From: a virus
DNA length: 64,000 nucleotides
Reading direction: 5' to 3' (one strand)
IMG/VR virus record: IMGVR_UViG_3300049149_000013
Coordinates: 2,647 to 66,646 of that record
Below, in pieces: positions 48,125 to 58,129 of this stretch (positions are counted from its first letter, which is position 1; each line of letters starts with the position of its first letter). Under the pieces are notes generated by a model. That model worked only from the letters and a program-made list of their open reading frames with translations, ran no database searches and was not told the DNA's origin. Made by a program: the position numbers and the translations under genes.

Positions 48125-48358
48125 ATGCCAATCGATATCTCACCAGACGGCACGCATACATACACCGGCAATGCCATTCGCATCTTCCAGTACAAAGCAG
48201 TCCAGCACGCAATCCGTATGGAAGCGCAGGGCTTCGGGCGCAGGGGCATGCGCTCTGGCTGGGCAAAGCGCTTCGGACTCTCGCCACGCGCCAAGGCGGA
48301 AGCCGTCATCGAACGTCTCCAGCAGGAGATCAACAAACTCGAAACAGAAGGAGTCTAA
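48125..48358 (+). CDS. Early hypothetical protein
   Basis: AGGAG RBS; coupled to the next gene. Confidence 0.6.
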   Translation: MPIDISPDGTHTYTGNAIRIFQYKAVQHAIRMEAQGFGRRGMRSGWAKRFGLSPRAKAEAVIERLQQEINKLETEGV

Positions 48359-48359
48359 C

Positions 48360-48803
48360 ATGCCACGTTCAATCTTCGGTTGGGATCTGCCGCCCGGGTG
48401 CAGCATGCGCGATATCGATGCGCTCAGCGAGGAGCCAGCCCTCAGTCCAGAGGGCGATAAGGTCAGCGAGATGATATCGCAGGTGCTGGAGACCGAGGGC
48501 ATCACCGGCGACGCCTACGATCAGTTGCAGGAAGATCACAGCAAGATCATCGAGCTGGTCGAGAAGGCCGCAGGTGAAAGGGAGCACGCCATCGAGCTTC
48601 TCAAGTCTACGCTGCGCTTTCTGCCGGAGCGCGGCCCGCCACCGGAATGCACCTGCAACCCCAAGCCAGGCGCGCATCAATGCACCAGCCACGAGTGCTG
48701 CGAGCCGGATATGCGCTGGTGCGAACTCCACGACGGCTGCTGGGACGAGCCGACGCTGAGGGAGGAGATCGAGGCTTTCATCAAAGACGAGGGGGCTGCA
48801 TGA
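48360..48803 (+). CDS. Early protein with a Cys-rich C-terminus
   Basis: AAGGAG RBS; FGWDLPPGC N-terminus. Confidence 0.65.
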   Translation: MPRSIFGWDLPPGCSMRDIDALSEEPALSPEGDKVSEMISQVLETEGITGDAYDQLQEDHSKIIELVEKAAGEREHAIELLKSTLRFLPERGPPPECTCNPKPGAHQCTSHECCEPDMRWCELHDGCWDEPTLREEIEAFIKDEGAA

Positions 48804-48973
48804 TCTGGATACTCTTTATGATAGGTCCGAGCGGGCATAGCTATTTTGATAGCGTGCATAAGACTCAGCAAAGCTGCGAGTTTCAAGCGGGGATGCTGGA
48901 GAAGAATCAAAGCGCATTCTGGGCTATGCACTCATGCGAGCAATGGTTAGTTCACGATTGGGAGGGCAAATGA
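48800..48973 (+). CDS. Small hypothetical protein
   Basis: ATGA coupling at both ends. Confidence 0.5.
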   Translation: MIWILFMIGPSGHSYFDSVHKTQQSCEFQAGMLEKNQSAFWAMHSCEQWLVHDWEGK

Positions 48974-49176
48974 GTTACATCAAGCCGCCTCAGATCACGA
49001 TAGATCCGGAGGATGAGCATGAAGCCTCGGAGGCCGAGTGCGCGCTGCTGCTGCTGCGGATGGGATTTAAGATCGTGCCCAAAGACAGCGAAGTGCCAAC
49101 CACCGAAGAGGAATTGCTGGAAGTGATAAAGCAAGAGGCACGGGAGAGGGCAAATGCCAAAGCTGCCAAAGATTAA
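48970..49176 (+). CDS. Small hypothetical protein
   Basis: GGAGG RBS. Confidence 0.55.
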   Translation: MSYIKPPQITIDPEDEHEASEAECALLLLRMGFKIVPKDSEVPTTEEELLEVIKQEARERANAKAAKD

Positions 49177-49411
49177 GGATACGCCGATCACTCGCACGCG
49201 CCATCGCAAGAGTAACCCAAAGATCCGCTGTTGCTGGGTCTGCGGCAAGCCCGGGGCATGCTACGGGTTCACAAGTGCGCTGCGCATGCTCGGCTACAAC
49301 ACAACGGGCACCGTTGCCCACGCTCACGTGCATTGCATCGCGCGGCTGCAACGCGAAGAGGTCAGGAAATCACCCGCGTACTTCTCACCTAAAGAACTCA
49401 AAGGAGACTAA
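49154..49411 (+). CDS. Small Zn-binding protein
   Basis: CWVC...HVHC. Confidence 0.55.
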   Translation: MPKLPKIKDTPITRTRHRKSNPKIRCCWVCGKPGACYGFTSALRMLGYNTTGTVAHAHVHCIARLQREEVRKSPAYFSPKELKGD

Positions 49412-49412
49412 C

Positions 49413-49655
49413 ATGCTACGAGAACCACTTCAAACTAACTTCGCCAAGGCACTCGTCAAGGGCCAGCGATACCTTATCACCTATAGGTTTAGCCATCAGC
49501 GGCGCAATCGCCAGTTCGTTGGGGTCTATCTAGGCGTCAATCCAGCGCTAGATGAGCTCGCTTTTAGCCTGCGCCCTGCGAGCGGCACGAGCACGATCAA
49601 AGAGCGCGACATCATCAGCTCGGTCTGCACTAACAAGCCATGCGGAGTCTGCTAA
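49413..49655 (+). CDS. Small hypothetical protein
   Basis: AAGGAG RBS. Confidence 0.55.
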   Translation: MLREPLQTNFAKALVKGQRYLITYRFSHQRRNRQFVGVYLGVNPALDELAFSLRPASGTSTIKERDIISSVCTNKPCGVC

Positions 49656-49656
49656 C

Positions 49657-49866
49657 ATGCAACTGATAATCGATCCGTACCGGCTGAGCTTGCTCAAGTC
49701 ATTGACTAAACAACTCGAAGACGTCAAGCTCGATCACGATACGGTGGATAATAACAAAACGCTATACAATAAACTGGAGGCAATCGAGGGCTGCATCGCG
49801 CAGTTCAATGAGACGGTAGGCAAGTGCATCAAGGATATCCATAAAGAGACTTTTGGCGAGGACTAA
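49657..49866 (+). CDS. Small hypothetical protein
   Basis: GGAG RBS; coupled. Confidence 0.5.
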   Translation: MQLIIDPYRLSLLKSLTKQLEDVKLDHDTVDNNKTLYNKLEAIEGCIAQFNETVGKCIKDIHKETFGED

Positions 49867-49871
49867 GAAAA

Positions 49872-50078
49872 ATGAGTAACGTGCTCACCTACGATCTAAC
49901 GCCAGATCAGCTGCGGTATATCCGCGCGACCGGCAGAGTGCCGCTTGAGTTTTTCACTACCGAGGAACTGAAAATGCTCCGGCGACTTTTGGAGGATGTA
50001 AAGGTACCGGAGCCAATCCATAAAGAGATCATCCTTATGATCGAGTACGAACTAATCAGGAGATATTCCGATGACTAA
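49872..50078 (+). CDS. Small hypothetical protein
   Basis: GAGG RBS. Confidence 0.55.
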   Translation: MSNVLTYDLTPDQLRYIRATGRVPLEFFTTEELKMLRRLLEDVKVPEPIHKEIILMIEYELIRRYSDD

Positions 50079-50334
50079 TACGGACGATCCAACGATAACT
50101 ATCAAGTACGATGAGTATGAGGATATGCACGCCCGCATCGAGTCGACAGATCAAGTGCTAGGCTATGCCACTAAGGCGTTAGTAGATCTCATAAAGGTTT
50201 GCCAGGAGGTAATCAAGCATCGCGACGACGCCCCGGATGACTTGCAGGGTTGGATTACCGAGCTGGAAGAGAACATACCCTGCGAGGACTGCCTGCATGC
50301 GCCGTGCTGCTGCGAGCCAAGGGAGATGAGATAA
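50071..50334 (+). CDS. Small protein with a C-terminal Cys cluster
   Basis: AGGAG RBS; CEDC...CCC. Confidence 0.55.
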   Translation: MTNTDDPTITIKYDEYEDMHARIESTDQVLGYATKALVDLIKVCQEVIKHRDDAPDDLQGWITELEENIPCEDCLHAPCCCEPREMR

Positions 50335-50424
50335 TGCACGTCTGGGCAGATATCGTAGCAGTAGGACAGACGCTTGCGTGGATAGCGCTCTATTACCCAA
50401 CTATAGTAATCATTAGGAGCAACG

Positions 50425-50640
50425 ATGAAGCTTTCCAAAAAAGAGAAGAAGCTGATAAAGAAACACCGCAACCGTCCGATATGGGATATCTACATCCCTC
50501 TGAACCGGGAAGAATTGGACCGGATCATTGGGAGTTTAGAAGTTCAAGAAAATGGCGCGGCTGACGAGGCGGACCCGCAGCTAGCAGATGACTACGCGAC
50601 TCTCAAACTTAAGCTGGCGGAGTACCGGGAGAAGTTATGA
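50425..50640 (+). CDS. Small hypothetical protein
   Basis: AGGAG RBS. Confidence 0.55.
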   Translation: MKLSKKEKKLIKKHRNRPIWDIYIPLNREELDRIIGSLEVQENGAADEADPQLADDYATLKLKLAEYREKL

Positions 50641-50858
50641 GCAAAGGACCTATGCAACGTCATTACTTGCTGGAGGGACGAGAGATGAGTTTCGAGGAAT
50701 TCTGGACCAAGCTATTTGGGAACTATGCGGTCGCCTTCATCCGGAATCGCGAGGGCAAGACCATCCCAATACGGCTCGGGGATCGCCACATCGCGGAGTT
50801 TTTCTGGCGGCAGGGCTTTAACGCAGCGGTTGGCGAGGTGAAGACTTCTGATGAATAA
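50637..50858 (+). CDS. Small hypothetical protein
   Basis: ATGA coupling. Confidence 0.55.
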   Translation: MSKGPMQRHYLLEGREMSFEEFWTKLFGNYAVAFIRNREGKTIPIRLGDRHIAEFFWRQGFNAAVGEVKTSDE

Positions 50859-50909
50859 TAGGCTATACTATAGCCGGACTCGATAGCACGACAACTCAGG
50901 AGAATAAAG

Positions 50910-51632
50910 ATGGATATGCAGAAAATTGTGGAACGTGTTAAGAAGATGCTTGAGATGGCTAAAGGCAAAGCTGAAGGAGGCGAGCATGAGCGTGAAAATG
51001 CAATGCGGATGGTGCATGCCTACCTCGCCAAGTATAACCTCGATATGGCTACGGTCGAGGGGTCGAAAAGCCAGCAGGCACGGAAGCAGGAGGAATCAGA
51101 GGGCGGGCCTAGGACACATCATCCGCATCAGTTTTTCGGCAGACCTTGGGCACGGTGCGCCGCCGCTGCGGTAGCGGACCTATGCTTCTGCATGTATCTG
51201 TACCGGAGCGCTCGGGTCAGCAAGGACTGCACGCACTTATTCATAGGGAGGACAGCTAATGCGGTGACTGCCTCGTATCTGGCAGAGTACGTATGCGTCA
51301 GCATCCACCAAGAGGGACGGCGCAGGCAGCGCAGGGAAGGACTCAGCAATCCGTGGTTTCTCGACTTCGCTTGGGGAGCCGCGATGATTGTGCAGGAACG
51401 TTGCAAGCTGTTAAAGCAGTCGGCAGGTCAGAAGGTTAACGGATCGGCAGGGACCGAGCTGGTACTTATGGATTACTATAAGTCTGAGCGCGCGGCGAAT
51501 GCGGACTATCAGCAGGTAGCATTCCCCCGCCTGAAGACCGGCTCGATGGGCAAGGGAGTCAGGGGAACGGGTGGCTACGCAGAAGGTCGGGAGTACGGCA
51601 GCACAATCAATCTTAATCGGCAGATGAAATAG
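50910..51632 (+). CDS. DUF2786-domain protein
   Basis: KIVERVKKMLEMA...HERENAMRM...LAKYNLD; GY.EG...G C-terminus. Confidence 0.8.
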   Translation: MDMQKIVERVKKMLEMAKGKAEGGEHERENAMRMVHAYLAKYNLDMATVEGSKSQQARKQEESEGGPRTHHPHQFFGRPWARCAAAAVADLCFCMYLYRSARVSKDCTHLFIGRTANAVTASYLAEYVCVSIHQEGRRRQRREGLSNPWFLDFAWGAAMIVQERCKLLKQSAGQKVNGSAGTELVLMDYYKSERAANADYQQVAFPRLKTGSMGKGVRGTGGYAEGREYGSTINLNRQMK

Positions 51633-51641
51633 GAGGGGCAG

Positions 51642-51908
51642 ATGTTCGTTTTCTATAAGGATGGCGTTGCGTGGTTAGATCCGACGCACGAGCCAGACGA
51701 TAATGAGCGCATCGTGCGGGGGGCAGTCGCGGCTGCATTGCCGGACATACCGGAAATAATCACGATCAATCAAATATGCGAATACGTCAAGGTAGATCAG
51801 GGAGAGTTCGGTGAATGGTTCGGGGGACATCCTCCCAGCAATTACGTCGAGTACCACTTTAACGTGCAAGGTGAAAGCGCGTTGCCTTTAAAGGAGTCCT
51901 CAGGGTGA
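51642..51908 (+). CDS. Hypothetical protein
   Basis: GGAGG RBS. Confidence 0.55.
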   Translation: MFVFYKDGVAWLDPTHEPDDNERIVRGAVAAALPDIPEIITINQICEYVKVDQGEFGEWFGGHPPSNYVEYHFNVQGESALPLKESSG

Positions 51909-51940
51909 TTGAGTTAGAGGCTAGCGCCAAGGAGTCGGTC

Positions 51941-52162
51941 GTGCTTATACTTACCCGTAAGGCAGGAGAGGTCACATATATAGGTCATAACGTTACGGTC
52001 AGAGTTCTAGGGATCAAAGGCCATCAGGTGCGCCTAGGATTTGAAGCACCGGCGGAGGTAGAGATTCACAGGGAAGAGGTTTACCGGAAGATCATGCGAG
52101 AGAAATCATTAATTGGCACACAAGGAAATCGCACAAATGAAGAACGTAGTGATAAAGACTGA
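51941..52162 (+). CDS. csrA: Carbon storage regulator CsrA/RsmA homolog
   Basis: (M)[38 protein letters not shown]; AAGGAG RBS. Confidence 0.92.
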   Translation: MLILTRKAGEVTYIGHNVTVRVLGIKGHQVRLGFEAPAEVEIHREEVYRKIMREKSLIGTQGNRTNEERSDKD

Positions 52163-52328
52163 TAAGAAAAAGATGACTATCGAGGTCGATCTGACGAAAG
52201 AGTTCGGCTTGAGCAAGTCTGGCAAGTCGATCACCATCGCTTCCACCGAAGGCAACCATAAGGTTGAAGCCGATAGCGGGGAGGTAGTCGTTGGGCTTAA
52301 CGTCTACAAACCTGCCAAGGGGAAGTAG
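52137..52328 (+). CDS. Small conserved protein (SKSGKS...ASTEGN...GLNVYK)
   Basis: Recognisable small DNA-binding-like family pattern. Confidence 0.7.
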   Translation: MKNVVIKTDKKKMTIEVDLTKEFGLSKSGKSITIASTEGNHKVEADSGEVVVGLNVYKPAKGK

Positions 52329-52558
52329 GCCGTGGCCGGTGGAGGCCGATGCCGTCTTGGATGCGGACGCAAGTTGGTTACGCATACCATAACGGAGATA
52401 TGCTCCACCTGCCTCGGCAATCTGGCAATGTGGCGGCGGCGATCTGCCGCCGACCGCATCCGATACCGAGAGACATGCGAGCTCAGACTCAGGAGGCAAG
52501 GCGAAATCGACAAAAATCCAAAGGGTTATCGTTTCAAATTTCAACGAAGAGGCACGAA

Positions 52559-52789
52559 ATGAAAATCTCAGACGAAATCATCGACGAAATGATCCGAGCC
52601 GGTATGGTTAAAGCCTTCGGAGGCACCGGGGAGGATATCAGTAGGGTTGTAGCAACCGTCAAGGACTGCGACGAGGCCACCGTCATCCTGCGCCGATCCG
52701 GCAAGGCTGTCGGTGTGCTGGTAGTCGCGGACTCCGACCACGAGGGTGCTACCAAGCGGGGTCAGGAAGTCCTCGCACAGCTTCAGTAA
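52559..52789 (+). CDS. Small hypothetical protein
   Basis: AAGAGG RBS. Confidence 0.55.
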   Translation: MKISDEIIDEMIRAGMVKAFGGTGEDISRVVATVKDCDEATVILRRSGKAVGVLVVADSDHEGATKRGQEVLAQLQ

Positions 52790-52840
52790 ACCGCATCAGT
52801 CGGGGCGCAGGGACGCGCCCTCAGCTGTTAGGAGAAATCA

Positions 52841-53275
52841 GTGAGAGTAGAAGAACAGGTAGAGGCCAACGGTCACGACGTCAGCAAGATAATCGCTAGT
52901 TACAAATCAGAGGGAAGGCAGCCAACGCTTAAGGAGTTCAAGCTTACGGACTCTCAGCTCTATACCCTGCTTCACCGGGAGGGGGTGCGGCTCTCGACCG
53001 CAGGCAAGCGCGTGAAATCGCATAGGACGCACGCTAAAGCCCGCAGAGCGGACTCACGCGCGACCCGGGGGGTAGGTAAGGGGTCCGAAAACGCCCGCCG
53101 TAGGGCTTCGTATAAAGCCCGTAGAGAGGCGCGGGAGGGGGGCGGTAGGGATGCTCTAGTCTACCTCGGAAAGGCCGCAGAGCGGCTCGTAAGCTCGTAC
53201 GGCGCAGGGTACCGGGAGGCCGGTGCTATCCTCGGCCTTGTTTCGCTCGCAATCGAGGCTCTAGGCGGGGAATAA
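52841..53275 (+). CDS. Putative HTH basic protein
   Basis: AGGAG RBS with GTG start; TLKEFKLTDSQLYTLLHREGV. Confidence 0.55.
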   Translation: MRVEEQVEANGHDVSKIIASYKSEGRQPTLKEFKLTDSQLYTLLHREGVRLSTAGKRVKSHRTHAKARRADSRATRGVGKGSENARRRASYKARREAREGGGRDALVYLGKAAERLVSSYGAGYREAGAILGLVSLAIEALGGE

Positions 53276-53297
53276 GTTAAATCGCGTTAAGTAAAAC

Positions 53298-53325
53298 GCC
53301 CGGGGCGTATAGTGACCGGGCTTTT
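53298..53325 (+). terminator. Terminator-like hairpin
   Basis: GCCCGG...CCGGGC followed by TTTT; A-run upstream. Confidence 0.5.
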
Positions 53326-53339
53326 GCTTGAGGGGTATT

Positions 53340-53591
53340 ATGAGACATAAAAGACCACCGATTGATTTTCTGGGCTGCGAGGTCTGGATTAAGGCTACTG
53401 ACCTTGAAGACTTCGATAAGTGGGTTAGGATCAACCTCAAAGCCCTCTCCAAACTATTCGCTATGAGAGCTGTCGCGGTATTCCATAACACCCGCAAGCT
53501 CCCCCCGATTGAGGAATTCGAGGGTTTCTGTCGTGACGTGCATACTCAGTGCATTGAGCATGTTACCGATGCTCATGCGACTAGGCATTAG
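53340..53591 (+). CDS. Hypothetical protein
   Basis: GAGGGG RBS; converges on the primase gene. Confidence 0.5.
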   Translation: MRHKRPPIDFLGCEVWIKATDLEDFDKWVRINLKALSKLFAMRAVAVFHNTRKLPPIEEFEGFCRDVHTQCIEHVTDAHATRH

Positions 53592-55761
53592 CCCGTTGTT
53601 TTGGCCAGAAGATATCCCGGCCCTCCGAGACCGACGCACCGATCAACCCGATTTGAATAAGCGCACTGACGATTTCTTTGAAGTCCCGTTGTCGGATGTA
53701 CCGGCATCGCCACGCTAGCCAACGAAGAGGGCAGAGACCTTTTTCCATAAGTTGACGATCTTTCTCATCCTTAGCCTCATGCTTCCATCTGCGCGTCTGA
53801 AAGATAAGACGCTCAACGTCTTTGGATTGAGCCTCGGTATAGTTGCGTGCTGCGCTCTGATCGATCCGCACTAGCCAACGCTCTACGGACCAACGCACTA
53901 ACTCTACAGCCCAAAGCGCAATCTCTCGGGTGATTACTGGCTTAATGGGATTAACCCCGACAGCAACTAACCCTGCACAAATTAAGGCATTCTGATGCGC
54001 TCGGCCCCAAAGGTCAGCGCCCCGATCCCGGCGAGCGGCCATATCCACCTGATAAGTTTGGAAATCGTCTAGGGTTGCGAAAGCCTCGTTATCCACATAA
54101 TCTACCTCGATAAACTCACCCTCGGGTAGCTTAATATCATCAAACTTCTTGAATGCGCCCTCGATGGCCGAAGGGAAACCGGTGTAGCGCTGTTCGTTCT
54201 TGCGGCTCGCATTCTCACCTGCATCGAACAGCAGAAAACGGTTGACGAATCCCGTCTGGAAATCCGTGCTGGTTATAGCCTCTAACAGAAGCTCCGGTTG
54301 CGTCATGCCCATAACCAGAAAAAACGGGTGATCGATATCGGGGATCGGATTCTTCCGCGCAGGCATGCCGAAACAGCCACAGATCGCCGTGCCATAGAGC
54401 GAGATGACGTGCGAGAGGATCGCATTCTCTTGGCTAGAGACCGATCTAGCCGAAGCTTTTAGATAGCGAGCGCACTCATCCCAAAGCCAAAGCGCGACGT
54501 GCGGCGGCTGCGCGAGTAGGTCGAGCATTGCGTGATAGGACTGCGAGCCTGTGAAACAAGATTTGTTTAATCCGAGCTTCGGTGCTAGAGTACGCAGTGC
54601 TTCCCGAATTTGATTCTTGCCTCCCGCCGTACCCGCCACACACAACATATAAGGCTGCAATGGTGTATCAAGTCCTGCGATCTTATATTTGTTCCGCGTA
54701 GCCAGCGCAGTCCCCATAAGGCCGATAGCCAGATCGAATAGAGGTTGTTTGATAATCGACCTCCGACCGGCCCACTTCATAATCTCGCCTACCAGGCCGG
54801 GAACTCTCAAATGCCTCGGATCAATCGTACCGACCGGTTCAGCTGCAATAGTATCAGGAGGGGTCTCGTCATTATCGGGTATGAATTCCTCGATGCTCAG
54901 ATAACGGCGCAGGTTTTGAACCGATAGTTCTGGCATAAAGTTCGCGAGCGTCGGCAGTCCTTGAACGTGCTTATTCGCGTGATAGGATTTGATCGTATGC
55001 TCGATTGTTCCATCCCTATCCTTGATTTCCTCGTCTGTGCTGGAAGCCGCGTCACGGACAGCCTTCATAAAAGCGCGTACTTCACCATCAGGCCATTTCG
55101 CATGCAGCAATGCGCCTGTAAGTGCGTGCACATAATCGTGCCTGGAACCTTCCTCAGGGTAGTAGTGAGCGGCGATAGCTGCGGCTGCCACCTTACTAAC
55201 GAGAGCCTTCAGCTCGCTCCACTTGATACTCGATATATCAGCGTTATTGTCGAATCTGTAGCGATCCCCGGTTGGATGCGTAGACCCGGGCAGTGCCGTT
55301 TGCGTTCCGGTTGATCGTATCTCTGCGATCATTCCGGTATCCTTCGTATGGAACTTGCTGGTCTCCGCGTACTTACAGCGGTAGATATAATGAGAACCAG
55401 GAGACTTGAATCGTCCGTAAACTAACGTATCAGGTAGGAAGTGCTGGGCAGCAACTTGAGCTTCGGGAGTGTCCAGATCAATATCGATTGCCCAAGCACT
55501 AGGCTCTCCCCATAAGCCTCCGATATTGTCTCCGGGCTTGAAGTGTTTATCCACATTCGATTCAGTAACTCGCAGATTGGTCCATCCGTTAGCCCCTTTC
55601 GCTGATCCATTTTTCTCCCCTTTTGGCCTCTTTGTGCCTGCCTCTAGCGGTATCGGATAGATACCTCGGTCTAACCAGCGGAGAGCGTGTTTCGCTGAAT
55701 TAAAAACTTTCTGCATCGCTGCCCTCAGTTCGTGAGTTGATATCTTTAACTTTGCGAGCAA
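53581..55761 (-). CDS. Bifunctional primase-polymerase (AEP) fused to a DUF3987-like helicase
   Basis: NIG...DIDLD...SHYIY...EIRS.G..T..PGS.HP Prim-Pol motifs; AGTAGGK Walker A, WDE Walker B and GFVNRFL. Confidence 0.85.
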   Translation of the reverse strand: MLAKLKISTHELRAAMQKVFNSAKHALRWLDRGIYPIPLEAGTKRPKGEKNGSAKGANGWTNLRVTESNVDKHFKPGDNIGGLWGEPSAWAIDIDLDTPEAQVAAQHFLPDTLVYGRFKSPGSHYIYRCKYAETSKFHTKDTGMIAEIRSTGTQTALPGSTHPTGDRYRFDNNADISSIKWSELKALVSKVAAAAIAAHYYPEEGSRHDYVHALTGALLHAKWPDGEVRAFMKAVRDAASSTDEEIKDRDGTIEHTIKSYHANKHVQGLPTLANFMPELSVQNLRRYLSIEEFIPDNDETPPDTIAAEPVGTIDPRHLRVPGLVGEIMKWAGRRSIIKQPLFDLAIGLMGTALATRNKYKIAGLDTPLQPYMLCVAGTAGGKNQIREALRTLAPKLGLNKSCFTGSQSYHAMLDLLAQPPHVALWLWDECARYLKASARSVSSQENAILSHVISLYGTAICGCFGMPARKNPIPDIDHPFFLVMGMTQPELLLEAITSTDFQTGFVNRFLLFDAGENASRKNEQRYTGFPSAIEGAFKKFDDIKLPEGEFIEVDYVDNEAFATLDDFQTYQVDMAARRDRGADLWGRAHQNALICAGLVAVGVNPIKPVITREIALWAVELVRWSVERWLVRIDQSAARNYTEAQSKDVERLIFQTRRWKHEAKDEKDRQLMEKGLCPLRWLAWRCRYIRQRDFKEIVSALIQIGLIGASVSEGRDIFWPKQRANA

Positions 55762-55826
55762 AGCGGGTATCTTAGCTCGCGCGAAGCGGCTTTTAAACTT
55801 GACATTTCTACCCTAGGGGCGGCAGG

Positions 55827-56357
55827 GTGAGCATAATAATTGTCGAAGGGCCGGATGGTGCGGGCAAGACTACCCTTATCCGTCGGTTACGAGAGGAGTC
55901 CAAAACGTACTTCTGGGTAGCCTCAAGCTCCGGTCGGCCTAAAACTCTAGTTCAACTCCAAGATGCCTTGCACTGGATTGCACAGAGCACATACCTCGGT
56001 ACGCCGATAGTCTGCGACCGACTTCCCCTCATCTCCGAGTCTGTATATGGTCCTATTCTTCGGGACCAATGCCTGCTAGATCAAATGGGACATAGAGAGC
56101 AGGGCGCAGCCTCGGACCTTCTGCGGCAGATCGATAGGGTCATATACTGCCGTCCTACCATAGAAACAATCAGAAGAAACCTAATCACTAGTGCCTTACC
56201 TCAACTGCATGGTGTAGTAGAAAAGCTGGATGCCTTGGTAGCACGTTACGATGAGTTAATGGACTCTCTCAGGGACGATAATATCTTTGTTCATAAGTAC
56301 GATTACCTGGCTAACTATGGTAAACCACTTGACGAGATATTCTTTGGGAGGATTTAG
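55827..56357 (+). CDS. dNMP (thymidylate-like) kinase
   Basis: IIVEGPDGAGKTT P-loop; CDR...SESVYGPILR. Confidence 0.85.
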   Translation: MSIIIVEGPDGAGKTTLIRRLREESKTYFWVASSSGRPKTLVQLQDALHWIAQSTYLGTPIVCDRLPLISESVYGPILRDQCLLDQMGHREQGAASDLLRQIDRVIYCRPTIETIRRNLITSALPQLHGVVEKLDALVARYDELMDSLRDDNIFVHKYDYLANYGKPLDEIFFGRI

Positions 56358-56980
56358 TGGATAAACTGAACGAAATCTTTCAGAGGCAAGCTGTATACGT
56401 ACGTGCTCTGACACCTACCTACCTGAGCAATGGCTTCGACTGGCACCACCGGCCTCTGCCGTGGGATCTGAGCGGACGCAAGGCGCAGGAAGAGTTCAGA
56501 CTACTGGCGTGGAGGTTTACAGAGGAGCTTATCGAAGCGCAGGAAACGTATGAATGTCATAGACATAAGGGATTCCCAGAACTATATGCTGAAGAAATGG
56601 CAGATGCTCTTCACTTCTTCGTAGAACTCTGCCTGGCGAGCGGTATCCTAGAGCATGAACTATTGCAAGGAAATACATTCGACGGAATCTTTCTACGGCA
56701 AGATTCAGCGGTAATTGAGGAACCTTGGGCTAATACGATCCGTGCGCTCGGTCTTGCAATGATGAGCTTACGTCAGCGTCCTTGGCGTACCGATTACCGG
56801 GAGACGGACAGAGCGCGTTGGGTCCTGGGCATGCACCTAGCGTTCAAAGCATTCGCGAGGGCATGCACCGATACCGGCATCACACCCGATATGCTCTACA
56901 TCGCGTATTTCAGGAAATCAAAAGTCAACGACCTCCGGATAGAACAATACGGGGTATTGCCGCATGGCTATACTCTCTGA
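56357..56980 (+). CDS. All-alpha NTP pyrophosphatase (dimeric dUTPase/MazG-like)
   Basis: EELIEA...EEMADALHF; PW motif; YFRKSKVN..R. Confidence 0.8.
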   Translation: MDKLNEIFQRQAVYVRALTPTYLSNGFDWHHRPLPWDLSGRKAQEEFRLLAWRFTEELIEAQETYECHRHKGFPELYAEEMADALHFFVELCLASGILEHELLQGNTFDGIFLRQDSAVIEEPWANTIRALGLAMMSLRQRPWRTDYRETDRARWVLGMHLAFKAFARACTDTGITPDMLYIAYFRKSKVNDLRIEQYGVLPHGYTL

Positions 56981-57761
56981 TTTAAAGTGGGGAATACCGC
57001 TGTACCTAGAGGCGGCGGAAGCGGAAACGGCAGGCTATCAGGCTATAGGCAAGGTGGTTCAGGATATCACCTATACGATGAGCAGTCTTCCTGGCTGGAC
57101 CCTAGCGGATTGGGGTTACGGATCAAATAAACACGCACAGTTAGAGAGGAACTATGTCAACCCGGAAGAATTTCACAGAGTCCGAGCTGTCCTTGCTCGA
57201 AGAGACCTTGGCAAATATACCTCCGTGGCGGTCTCTCTGCGCGGCAAGCCGAAGGATACCAGATCTCAGGGGTGGTGCATGCTATCTCTGGTTATATCGC
57301 GGACAAAGGAGTGGACTCGGGTCGAAGTGCAGTACCGCACGACGGAACTCATCCTCAAGTTTGCGGCAGACGTTTGGTTTTTGGGGGTACTTTGCGAGCA
57401 ACTCAAAATAGAGCCGGAGCGTTTCACGTTCCGCTTCGCCAACTGTGCTCTATCAGGCGCATATTTCCCCTACCTCATCGATAAGACTGACCTGGTGCGG
57501 TTCCTTGCTCGCATCAAGGAGGCAGATGAGGATTTCTTTTTTCGTACCACGCGATTCCTACTCAAAGCGAGTTATCGGAAGGATCAATATCATCCGTTCT
57601 CGCCCGAACGGGTCTCGCATCGTTACCTTTGGGAGCGGGGGACAGCACGGCAGATCCAATCAGTCAGAGATTATCTGGAACCTCTGCATCGTACCACTGG
57701 CCGCCCGCTCCCGAAGGACTTTCACGATAAATCCTACATACCGAAAGGACAACGCATATGA
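56964..57761 (+). CDS. Divergent thymidylate-synthase-fold protein (paralog 1)
   Basis: WCMLSL...QYRTTELILKFAADV aligns to the TS pattern C...YxRSxD-x7-N/D. Confidence 0.55.
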   Translation: MAILSDLKWGIPLYLEAAEAETAGYQAIGKVVQDITYTMSSLPGWTLADWGYGSNKHAQLERNYVNPEEFHRVRAVLARRDLGKYTSVAVSLRGKPKDTRSQGWCMLSLVISRTKEWTRVEVQYRTTELILKFAADVWFLGVLCEQLKIEPERFTFRFANCALSGAYFPYLIDKTDLVRFLARIKEADEDFFFRTTRFLLKASYRKDQYHPFSPERVSHRYLWERGTARQIQSVRDYLEPLHRTTGRPLPKDFHDKSYIPKGQRI

Positions 57762-58129
57762 AGATCTGCCTGATAGGTTCCTCGCGCTTTGTCGAGCAGT
57801 ATAATGAGATAAACCGCAAGCTGACCCTAGCCGGTCATGTGGTCTATTCGATTGCTACGGTATCATCGGCCTCCGGAAAACTTCAGACGCAGAAGCAACT
57901 CACCGAGGATGAGAAGGAGACCATAGATCTAGTCCACCTCCTGAAAATCCAAGAATCGGATGCGTGCTTCCTGGTTACTGATGAAACTAAGTACGTAGGC
58001 GAATCTACCCGCAGGGAAATCAAGTGGGCAGTAATGCAGGATATGGCTGTCTTAACGCATGCAGATTTGGACTATTTGCTAGATAATATCCGCGAGGGGA
58101 TGCCGGACCTAGGGAAGCCAGAGGAATGA
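57758..58129 (+). CDS. Nucleoside 2-deoxyribosyltransferase-like Rossmannoid protein
   Basis: KICLIGSSRF...L...GHVV...KI.ESDA..V....YVGESTRREI.WA. Confidence 0.7.
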   Translation: MKICLIGSSRFVEQYNEINRKLTLAGHVVYSIATVSSASGKLQTQKQLTEDEKETIDLVHLLKIQESDACFLVTDETKYVGESTRREIKWAVMQDMAVLTHADLDYLLDNIREGMPDLGKPEE

